Below are positions 1-10,039 of a DNA stretch of 64,000 bases, piece by piece. The DNA comes from Octopus sinensis. Its lineage: Eukaryota. The notes under the pieces were generated by a model. It was given only the letters and a program-made list of their open reading frames with translations, did not search any database and was not told the DNA's origin. The number at the start of each line of letters is the position of its first letter. The stretch's first letter is position 1. The stretch is taken from positions 38,188-102,187 of the forward strand of contig NW_021832831.1 in the NCBI RefSeq assembly GCF_006345805.1, in the 5' to 3' direction. A program made the translations under genes and the position numbers.

Positions 1-1437
1 AGTGACTCAGTAATTAGAGCAAGGTCACCAGCATAGAGGAGCTCCCAGGGGCATCCTGTCTTGAATTTCTCCATTATTGCCTGGAGGACTATGATAAATA
101 GGAGGGGGCTGAGGACTGAGCCTTGGTGGACCCCAACCTCTACCCGGAATTCTTCACTGTACTCGTTGCCAACCCTCACCTTACTAGCAGCGTCCCTGTA
201 CATGGCTCGCACAGCTCTCACTAACAATTCATCTATCCCTAGTTTCCTCATTGACCACCAGATAAGTGATCGGAGTACCATGTTGAAGGCTTTCTCCATG
301 TCAACAAAAGCCAGGTACAGGGGCTTATCTTTGGCTAGGTATTTCTCCTGCAGCTGTCTTACCAGGAATATAGCATCAGCAGTACTTTTCCCTGGCACGA
401 GCCCAGACTGCATCTCATCTAAACTAACTCTCTCTCTAATTAGTTGGGCTATGACCCTCTCCGTAACCTTCATTACCTGATCCAATAGCTTGATACCCCT
501 GTTGTTATTTGTATATAGGGCGTCACCTTTAACTTTTTAGCAGTTGACTATTATGCTGCTACACCAGTCATTGGGAATGACTCCTTCGTGTATCACCTGG
601 TTAACTATATGGGTGACTGGGCTATAGCCGACACTGCTAGATATTTTAATCATCTCTGCAGTAATTCCTGATGGGCCTGGGGCTTTCCCTGTCTTCATGC
701 TTCTAATTGCCTTAACTACCAAGGAACTGTCAACTCGGATAGCTTGTCTCTCTGTTGGATCGACATTCGACAGACTCTCTTTATCCCATTCATTTTCTTT
801 ATTCAGCAACCTTTCATAGTGGTGTCTCCAAACCTCTCTCTTTGCATCCTCATTTAGCGCAAGTGAACCATCATCCATGCGAACACATTTCTGTCCTACC
901 ACATCACGATTTTCTCTCACACTCTGTCTTGCAACACGAAATACCTCAAGTCTTTCTTCCTCATGGCTCAGAACATTGTTAAATTTTTTCTTATCTGCTT
1001 CCACTCTGGCTAAATACACCTGCCTCCTAGCTTCCCTTCTTGCAGTCTGATACAATTCCCTGCTACCACCATTCTTCCAGTGCTTCCAAGCCTGTTTCTT
1101 TTGTCTAAGAGCCCTGTCAACTATATTGTTCCACCACCACGTTATTTTGGGTCTTGAGGGTACTTTGCACCAACCACAGATCTGGTCAGTGGCTCTCAGC
1201 AGGTTGTCCCTTAGAGACCTCCAGTTGTCTTCTGCCCCATGTGAAGCTATATCCCCTTCTATTTCGTCAAAGTCTTCAAGTAATATGTCTCTAAATCTCT
1301 GTCCATTTGTAGGATCTTTAAGCTTCCAGATCCTTCTTCTCCATGTTGGTCGTCTTCTGGTCGTCCTCTTAGTCCTGATCTTAAAGTCACTAACTACCAG
1401 TCTATGTTGTGGGGTACATTCTTCGCCTGGGAAGGTT
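1..1437 (-). mobile_element. RTE-clade LINE, 5'-truncated copy (linker plus RT), runs off the window start
   Basis: ORF 537..1457(-) carries 'PGEECTPQHRLVVSDF', 'KAPGPSGITAEM' and 'IPNDWCSSIIVNC'; it is collinear with the + copies at 2864-6172 and 60769-64000. Its 5' end abuts (TA)n at ~1441. Confidence 0.95.
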
Positions 1438-1451
1438 AAATATATATATAT

Positions 1452-1681
1452 AAACAATTGCAGTGTGGAAGGTGTTTATAAGCACAAAGTTTTGTCAGTG
1501 AAGAGGTTGTGGTTTCAAAGCGACGAAAATATTTTGACAAATTAAATTTAAATGTTGAAGTGAATCTAACGGTTTTTGTGTGTTTCTTAAATGGTTTATA
1601 AATACCTTCCACACTGCAATTGTTTTCGCTCCAGCACATGAACTCAGATCAAGTCACTCACTATGCAAGTATATCACCGTA
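1452..1681. mobile_element. ~230-bp Penelope pseudo-LTR-like mini-element between (TA)n runs, with a 30-bp inverted repeat
   Basis: 1452-1481 and 1596-1625 are reverse complements with 1 mismatch, and hammerhead-like motifs lie inside. The PLE assignment is inferred. Confidence 0.5.
1491..1541 (+). ncRNA. Degenerate minimal type I hammerhead ribozyme
   Basis: Stem I TTTGTCA/TGACAAA (7 bp), core gTGAAGA (C3 mutated to G), imperfect stem II GGTTG/CGAC, GAAA, palindromic stem III AATATT. Confidence 0.55.
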
Positions 1682-2863
1682 ATATATATATATAAATTAG
1701 AGAAAAACCACTATTATGTAATTCAAACAATGATAGATGTAAATCATACCATATAGAAAAAATAAAATATGTGATAAAACATTTACCAAGATCACAATAA
1801 AGTACATAATAATAAATAAACAAACAGTATATAAATAGTAAATAGACTACATATATTTTGTGGCCATATCTTCAATTTAAATTACAATTAAATTTAAATT
1901 TAATCGGAGCATTAAGTGTGGTTGCTTTGTGAAATAATTTGTAATGTAAAATATTATAGTATATGTAATGAAAAGTTTTAATTTCTTTTGTACTATTGAA
2001 TTGAATAATAATAATAAGTACTTTCGTTATTCCCTTAATATTCGAAATATTAGATCTGGGCTATGTTATATGTTTTAATTTAAAATTTTTTAGTTCATAA
2101 AATATCTTTGAAAAAATAAGTATACATTTTATTTAAAAAATAATGGTGAAATTCATATGATTATTGATTAAAAAAATATGTATTTCTAATTTTTTTTATT
2201 TTAATTATAATTTAAGATACATACATTTATTTAATTATTATTATTATAATAATTATTATATGTGAACTAAAATCTAAAATATTATTCATGGTTGTTTTGT
2301 GAAATAGTTTGTAACGTAAAATATTACAGTATAGGTAGTGAAAAGTTTTTTCTTTTTTTCTTTATATACTATTGAATTTAATAATAATAATAAGTACTTT
2401 GTTTATTGTATCAATGAGCGAAATATTACTTCTAGACATAAATTAATTTACTTATATAATAAGTTTAAATTATTTGTGAGTATATTTTTGAAATATATAC
2501 AAAATACTATTGCAGGGTTGTGGCTGCAGCATTGTTGATATAAGATATATTGTAAGTCTACACATGTTTGTGTAGGGTTTAGTACATAGTTAGAATCGTA
2601 TCAAATTAGATGTTTATTTAATTAGTAAATAAATATATAATTTAATTAATTAATGAATATAGATTAAATTATAGTAATTTAGCTTAACTTAAGTATATGA
2701 TGTATTTTAAGTATTTTTATTTTAATTAATTGGACTCATATATTTTTCCAGTAAAGATATACTATATCTTGTTTAGATTATTCTCAAAGTTAAAATATAT
2801 ATCTTCACAGATAAATTACATATTTCTATCTATTTACCCTATTTTTTCATGTTAGGTTTTTAA

Positions 2864-5800
2864 TACTGCAGACTACCTTTCTATGACACTCTACTGCAGA
2901 CTACCTCGTTGACGAACGACAGAGACCTTATCTTTGTGGCTGGTGACTTCAATGGTCATGTTGGACGACATGCTAGGGGCTTCCATGGCGTACATGGAGG
3001 CTATGGCTATGGCTCCCGCAACGAGGGGGGAACCAGGCTGCTGCAGTTCTGCGATGCAAATAATCTTATGATTTGCAACACTAACTTCAGGAAACCTACC
3101 AGCCACCTAGTCACTTACCGATCGGGCCAACATACCAGCCAAATTGACTACATCCTTGCAAGGCAAAGGGAGAGATGGCTGCTTATAAATGCCAAAACCT
3201 TCCCAGGTGAAGAATGTACCCCACAACATAGACTGGTAGTTAGTGACTTTAGGATCAGGACTAGGAGGACAACCAGAAGACGACCATATGGAGAAGAAGG
3301 ATCTGGAAGCTTAAAGATCCTGCAAATGGACAGAGATTTAGGGACATATTACTTGAAAACTTTGACGAAGTAGAAGGGGATAGAGCATCACAGGGGGTAG
3401 AAGACAGCTGGACGTTTCTAAGGGACAACCTGCTGAGAGCCACTGACCAGATCTGTGGCTGGTGCAAAGTCCCCTCTGACCTAGAATAACGTGGTGGTGG
3501 AACAATATTGTAGACAGGCTATTAGAGAAAAGAGACAGGCTTGGAAGGTCTGGAAAAATGGGGGTAGCAGGGAATTGTATCAGACTGCCAAAAGAGAAGC
3601 TAGGAGACAGGTTTATTTAGCCAGAGGAGAAGCAGATAAGAAATAATTTACCAATGTTCTGCACCGTGAGGACCAAAGAGTGGAGGTGTTTCGTGTTGCA
3701 AGACAGTGTGTGAGAGAGAATCGTGATGTGGTAGGAGAGAAGTGTGTTCGCATGGAAGATGGTTCACTTGCGCTAAATGAGGATGCAAAGAGAGAGGTTT
3801 GGAGATGCCACTATGAAAGGTTGCTGAATAAAGAAAATGAATGGATAAAGAGAGTCTGCCGAATGTTGACCCACAGAGGGACCAGCTATCCGAGTTGATA
3901 GTTCCGTGGTAGCTAAGGCAATTAGAAGCATGAAGACAGGGAAAGCCCCAGGCCCATCAGGAATCACTGCAGAGATGCTCAAAATGTCTGGTAGTGTCGG
4001 CTATAGCCTAGTCACCCGTATAGTTAATCAGGTGATACACAAAGGAGTCATACCCAATGACTGGTGTAGCAGCATAATAGTCAACTGCTACAAAGGTAAA
4101 GGTGACGCCCTAGATACAAATAACTACAGAGGTATCAAGCTGTTGGATCAGGTGATGAAGGTTACGGAGAAGGTCATAGCCCAACTAATTAGAGAGAGAG
4201 TTAGTTTAGATGAGATGCAGTTTGGGTTTGTGCCAGGGAAAAGTACTACTGATGCTATATTCCTGGTAAGGCAGCTGCAGGAGAAATACCTAGCCAAAGA
4301 TAAGCCCCTGTACCTGGCTTTTGTTGACATGGAAAAAGCCTTCAACAGGGTCCCCCGATCCCTTATCTGGTGGTCAATGAGGAAACTAGGGATAGATGAA
4401 TGGTTAGTGAGAGCTGTGCGGGCCATGTATAGGGACGCTGCTAGTAGGGTGAGGGTTGGAAACGAGTACAGTGAAGAATTCCGGGTAGAGGTAGGGGTCC
4501 ACCAAGGCTCAGTACTCAGCCCCCTCCTATTTATCATAGTCCTCCAGGCAATAACGGAGGAATTCAAGACAGGATGCCTTTGGGAGCTCCTCTATGCTGA
4601 TGACCTTGCTCTAATTACTGAGTCGCTATCAGAACTGGAGAAGTTTCAGGTGTGGAAACAAGGATTAGAATCGAAGGGCCTCAGAGTCAATCTAGCTAAA
4701 ACCAAAGTCGTAATCAGTTGGAAGGTAGACAAATCACAAACGCCTTCAGGTAGATGGCCCTGCTCGATCTGTAGAAAAGGTGTAGGTAGAAACTCTATAA
4801 GATGCACCAAGTGTAAGCTATGGACACATAAGAGGTGCAGCAATGTCAAAGGAAGGCTAACTAGGAAGATGGTTTTTGTATGTGGCAGATGCTCAGGAAC
4901 AATAAACACTGAAAATGCTCTGAGACCAACTTCCGTCACTTTCCAGGGAGAAAACTAGAAATAGTTGATAGCTTCCGTTACCTAGGTGACCAAGTCAGCA
5001 GCGGGGGCGGGTGTGCTGAAAGTGTAACTGCTAGAGTAAGAATAGCTTGGGCAAAGTTCAGAGAGCTCTTACCTCTGCTGGTGACAAAAGGCCTCTCGCA
5101 CAGAGTGAAAGGCAGACTGTATGATGCGTGTGTACGAACAGCCATGCTACATGGAAGTGAAACATGGGCTATGACTGCTGAGGATATGCGTAAGCTTGCA
5201 AGAAATGAGCCAGTATGCTCCGATGGATGTGTAATGTCAGTACTCATACTCGGCAGAGTGTAAGTTCCTTGAGAGAAAAGCTGGACCTAAGAAGCATCAG
5301 TTGTGGTGTGCAAGAGAGACGTTTGTGCTGGTATGGTCATGTGGCGAGAATGGATGAAGATAGTTGTGTGAAAAAGTGCCACACCCTAGCTGTTGAGGGA
5401 ACCTGCGGAAGAGGCAGACCCAGGAAAACCTGTGACAAGGTGGTGAAACACGACCTTCGAACTTTAGGTCTCACTGAGGAAATGACTAGAGACCGAGACC
5501 TCTGGAAGTGTGCTGTGCATGAGAAGACCCGGCAGGACAAGTGAGTCCATAACCTGTGGCCTTCTACATGGGATGGAGCCAGCCTACGTATGCATACCTT
5601 CCCTTCTTGGGACACAAAACTCTACTTGTGAAGACCTGTTGAGGCAAGTAAGGATCAGAATCGAAATCGATCAATGGAAATTGCAGATGTGTTACCAGTG
5701 CCGGTGGCATGTCGAAACTCTACTTGTGAAGACCCGTTGAGGCAAGTGAGGATCAGAATCAAAATCGATCAATGGAAATTGCAGATGTGTTACCAGTGCC

Positions 5801-6172
5801 GGTGGCATGTAAGAGAACCTTCCATTTCGCGACCGTTGCCAGCACCGCCCCGACTGGCCTCGTGCCGATGGCACGTAAAAAGCACCATCCGTTCGTGTCC
5901 GTTGCCAGCCTCGCCTGGCCCTCGTGCCGGTGGCACATAAAAAGCACCATCCGTTCGTGGCCGTTTGCCAGCTCTGTCTGTGCGAGTGGCACGTAAAAAG
6001 CACCCACTACACTCACGGAGTGGTTGTCGTTAGGAAGGGCATCCAGCCGTAGAAACACTGCCAGATTTGACTGGGCCTGATGAAGCCTTCTGGCTTCACA
6101 GACCCCAGTAGAACCGTCCAACCCATGCTAGCATGGAAAACGGACGCTAAACGATGATGATGATGATGATGA
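2864..6172 (+). mobile_element. RTE-clade LINE, 5'-truncated, frameshifted, complete 3' UTR and (GAT)n tail
   Basis: APE motifs 'FVAGDFNGHVG' and 'SQIDYIL'; RT motifs 'QFGFVPG', 'FVDMEKAF', 'GVHQGSVLSPLLF', 'LLYADDL'; ends CATGGAAAACGGACGCTAAAC(GAT)n. Confidence 0.97.
2909..5544 (+). pseudogene. RTE EN-RT-PHD polyprotein, disrupted (ORF pieces 2909-3373, 3680-3898, 3906-4958, 5081-5263, 5215-5544)
   Basis: Consecutive ORF-track fragments in shifting frames reconstruct one LINE ORF. Confidence 0.93.
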
Positions 6173-6327
6173 ATTGTATTATAAACACTTGGTCATACAT
6201 TTTAAGTTTAAAATTTAGTTAATGGAATTTCTTTTATAAGAAGAATCATGTTTTATTTCTTTAAGAAATATTGTTTAATTCTGTTTGATTATTTATTAAA
6301 AATATGTATTTATTGTTATTATTGTTG

Positions 6328-6438
6328 ACTTGAGGAGTGACTATACTTTTAAATTGAATTGTTTTTGGATTGATTAAATCTAAATTTAAATTTAATTGTA
6401 ATTCAAATTGAAGATATAGCCACGAAACATACGTAGTC
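6328..6438 (+). ncRNA. Hammerhead ribozyme remnant (type I, long AT-rich stem II insert)
   Basis: GAC-TTGAGGA-GTGACTATA...TATAGCCAC-GAAAC-ATAC-GTA-GTC. Stem I GAC/GTC, stem II 8 of 9 bp. The homologous copy at 46414 has an intact CTGATGA. Confidence 0.6.
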
Positions 6439-6619
6439 TTTTTACTAATTATATATTGTTTGATTATTTATTATTATATAATTTATTATGATCTAGGTAA
6501 GTGTTTTATCATATATTTTATTTTTTCTATATAGTATGATTTACATCTATCATTGTTTGAATTATATAATAATTGTTTTTCTCTAATTTATATATATATA
6601 TATATTTATATATTTATAT

Positions 6620-8370
6620 TGTGAAATTTGATTTTAAATGTCTTGCAAACTACTTGCACATGCAAGTGCTACCAGTCAAAAGCTCCGTATACCGGAAGCC
6701 AGCAAGTGTATGGGGTCATCAGGAGAGAATGTGCGCCGTTTCGGGGCCTACCTCTCAACGGCATCAATGCACACCAACCAAATCCAGTGGCTAGCCTTCT
6801 CCATTGTAGATTGGATATCAGTCATGATGGTATGGACTTTACGATGAGTTAGGCCTAGCGATAACAACAGTCGTCTCACGCTGTGTCCAACAAACCCTCT
6901 ACATCCGACTTCGATAGGAAAATGTTCCGCTTTCCAGCCTGCGTCTTCACATTCCTCGAGGAGGTTTAAATAACGGTTCAATTTTCGAGCCCAAGCGGCA
7001 TCCATATTATCTTCATGAGGAACCGTTAGCTCGACTATATTTACAACTTTCTTTCTTTCACCCCACATCAAAATATCTGGTTTTTTCATAACTGGGATGG
7101 GTAAGAAAACCTGGCACCCAGGTAAATCTGCAGTTACCTCCCAATAGCCGTTCCACTTTTCATTTCTCTCAGGAAGTTTCTTCATCTTCTTCTTGAAACG
7201 GATCCCCTGACCTGGTCGCACGAAGGTAATGAAATCTCTTGATGGTACTTTCAACGGTTTTTCCTCAGTGTTGTTGAGATGAATTTGGTTCTTTATGGCA
7301 TTGAAGATAACCTTAAGGACCAAGTTGTGCCTCCATGTATACCTGTTCAATGCTAATGAACAGTTGGAAAGAATATGTTTTAGTGTACCGACCTTTCTAC
7401 ATTTGCAGATGTCATTCTCTGAGACGTTCCATCTTACTAGATTCGTAGGTGATGGCAAAACATCATAAGATGAACGAATCAGGAAACTCAGCCAAGATGT
7501 CGTCCACTTCCACTTCTCATCCCAACTTATCTTCCTCTCAACAACATGTTCTTCCCATCTCGTCATCTGACCTTGATGAACACTCTCTTCTCTCTGCTTC
7601 TCTTGTTTTGACGCTGTTGCTAACAACAGATCTGCATTCACTCTGCATCATGCTTGCAAACGGTCTGAACTGATCCACGCCAAAACCAATTTCTTTCCGA
7701 TGGTTCTGCGTTGCTCCCACCGTATCTATGTGTATAAGAGAAGACAAGATGTCATCAGTTTCTGCTTCTGCTTTCCACTTCCTGGCTGTTTTCACCTCTG
7801 GTGGGTTACGCCTGATTTCCATATCCTTCGATTCTCTCAGCATCATGACCGTCCGTATCTTCCCCAGCTTATATATTTCGACTATTGATGCTATTGGTAG
7901 CTGCAACAAACCTCTTTTACGATAAAGAGCTGAGCTGTTCAATATACGAGGTAGGCCTAGCCACTTTCTAATGAACACATTACATTTTTGTTCAATGCTT
8001 TCAACTCGTGTCAATGCTACCTCGTATATTAAAAGTGGCCACGCAAGTCGCGGGTAAAGCCAAACTGCAAGCACCAAATTTTATATTTACCTGGTAACTT
8101 CAAATTATCAATCGCTGATAACCTAGCCTCGGCCTGTTTCATAATTTCAATCCCACGACTTCTGTCTGACAATGTTCCAGCATATACTCATCCCAAGCTC
8201 TTGACGGGCTCTTCCTTGACTGTTGGAATGCTTTCTTCGGATATTCGAAATGTAAATTCTTTCTGCTCTCCCTTAACAAATGTCAGACTACGCGACTTTT
8301 TTGCTCTAAATTGCATCCTTGACCACCTTACAAGTTCGTCTAATCTCAATTTTTCCCTGCAAGTTTAGAG
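6620..8370 (-). mobile_element. HERO-like (R2-group) non-LTR retrotransposon with restriction-like endonuclease, 5'-truncated
   Basis: RT thumb 'YPRLAWPLLIYEV'; zinc knuckle 'CKC...TLKHILSNC'; 'RYTWRHNLVL'; RLE motif 'KPDILMW...IVELTVPHE...K' followed by 'FPIEVGCRGF' (ORFs 6748..7641 and 7538..8077). The HERO clade is assigned from recalled motif style. Confidence 0.85.
6712..6762 (-). ncRNA. Hammerhead core in non-circularly permuted strand order
   Basis: The minus strand reads GCC-GTT-GAGAGG-TAGGCCCC-GAAAC-GGC-GCAC-ATT-CTCTC-CTGATGA-CCCC. Stem III GCCGT/ACGGC and stem I GAGAG/CTCTC pair in register with the core; stem II does not pair. Confidence 0.5.
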
Positions 8371-8380
8371 TTATACACCC

Positions 8381-8414
<34 letters not shown>

Positions 8415-8465
8415 GTTATTATTATTATTATTATTATCATTATTATTATTATATATATATATATA
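8381..8465. repeat. (TAA)n/(ATT)n/(TA)n compound microsatellite
   Basis: Directly visible at the 5' truncation point of the RLE LINE. Confidence 0.95.
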
Positions 8466-9232
8466 ATCAAAATAGCAACAAAGATATCCAGAGATAATGC
8501 AGTATGATCATTTCATGCAACTCCATTTAATTGAACAATGCAATCATTATGTCAATTTAATATGTAGAGCAATCTTTAGCTACACAAAGACTGGTTTTAA
8601 TTAAATTAGAACAGATGGACACATTAGTATAATTTTACCTAAAATCTCCAAGAAGTTAAGGAGATAGACAAAGAACATCTTGTACCTACAACAGCATAGT
8701 CGTAACTAAATTTATTTTCAAGAAGACACTGCCTGTCATTGATTTTTTGTTTTGTTGTTTTTTCATGGGGTCAGTTTTACTTTATAGACTAGTTTATCAT
8801 ATCCCTTGTATATTTAAGGCTGAGAGAAACAGAGGGTAGTATCTGTTTGGGGTAGGGTTGATGAAGTAAACAGACATTCTAGATGGTATAGACATAAAAA
8901 TCAAGATTTATTAGAAGCAGTGTCATGAGGTTTTGTAAGAAAAAACTTGAAACAAGATGTTAGCTGATAATTAAGGAGTCACCCACTAGCAGACCATTGA
9001 TAATGAAACAGGGGAAGTCTTATCATGTAGTACTATAGTTGAATACTATAAAACAATGTTGCTATATTGTATACAGATGAAGTTATTCAAAAGATTATTA
9101 AGAAGAATATTGTAACAAAAGATAGAAATTTATGAATACTTTTGAGTATATATCAAACTTTTACCACAATAGAGGGAGGAAAAGAAATTATATTAGAAAA
9201 GTTTAATATTTATACATATTGCATACTTAATA

Positions 9233-9760
9233 TAGATGTCTCCCCTATGTACATCATGTTCATGTCTTTACAAGCACCTTCTATGCATCTTCTGCTGTAA
9301 ACTACATTTCGAGGTCTACGGTTAATGCCAGGGTTTGAAAAGTCAGGGAACTCCGTCAGATCACAACTATGTAGGATGTACCCCTTTGAGAATACCATAT
9401 GCACCAATGATAACTGCATGGTAAGTAGGATTAACCCTGGCATTAACTGTAGACGTCGAAATGTAGTTTACAGCATAAGATGCACAGAAGGTGCTTGTAA
9501 AGACATGAACATGATGTACATAGGGGAGACATCTAGGAGCATTGTGGAACGACTAAATGAACATCTGAGACAATATGATGACAAAAAACAGTCCTCCATA
9601 CTCTACCAACATGCCATGGAGGCAACTTGGGTCAACTTGACATCCACATCTTATCCAAGCACCCAAAAGACCCAACACTCAGACAAATACGGGAGTACAT
9701 CCTTATAAAGGAAACCTCCCCAATACTAAATAGGAAATATACATAGTAGATATCATACCT
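9233..9760 (+). mobile_element. Penelope-like GIY-YIG endonuclease fragment with a fold-back inverted 5' duplication
   Basis: ORF 9325..9708 'NCRRRNVVYSIRC...MYIGETSRSIVERLNEH'; 9233-9335 is the reverse complement of 9433-9535. Confidence 0.85.
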
Positions 9761-10039
9761 CCATACCACAGTTTACACAGGAGATAATCAAGCATGTTGG
9801 GAATGACTAATTTAACATGATTTGGTTTAGAAGGAATATAATGTTACAAGTGGTTAGGTTTTGCTTTATATTTTTTTCAATGAGGTGAGTTTCCTTATTT
9901 AAAAATGTTAGAAATGGTTAAGTTTTGGCTTATATTTTTCAATGAAGGTTTCCTTATTTAATCTAACTTGTGTTGGTGTTCCAATGGTACATTGATAGAA
10001 TGGAAAGATTATAAATTGTGGTAGTAGTTGCTTTGCACA

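Larger units (their letters stand above)
1685..6600 (+). mobile_element. AT-rich non-coding hammerhead-terminated element, copy 1 (body 1915-2863 plus 6173-6600, inverted terminal copy 1685-1905), interrupted by an RTE
   Basis: 1685-1905 is the reverse complement of 6372-6595. The body pieces align by eye with the pieces at 39560-46630. The element ends TTCTCTAATTTA(TA)n. Confidence 0.65.

Noticed and set aside
61-480. Antisense ORFs over RT regions (also 4148..4567, 62245..62664, 40390..40707, 40843..41232)
   Set aside because: These are shadow frames opposite RT coding sequence; they recur only because the TE recurs.
6074-6085. CTGATGA in an RTE 3' UTR
   Set aside because: Other copies read CTGGTGC here, so it is a chance mutation.
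8500-9200. Possible decayed coding remnant upstream of the PLE fold-back
   Set aside because: No recognisable motif was found in any frame.
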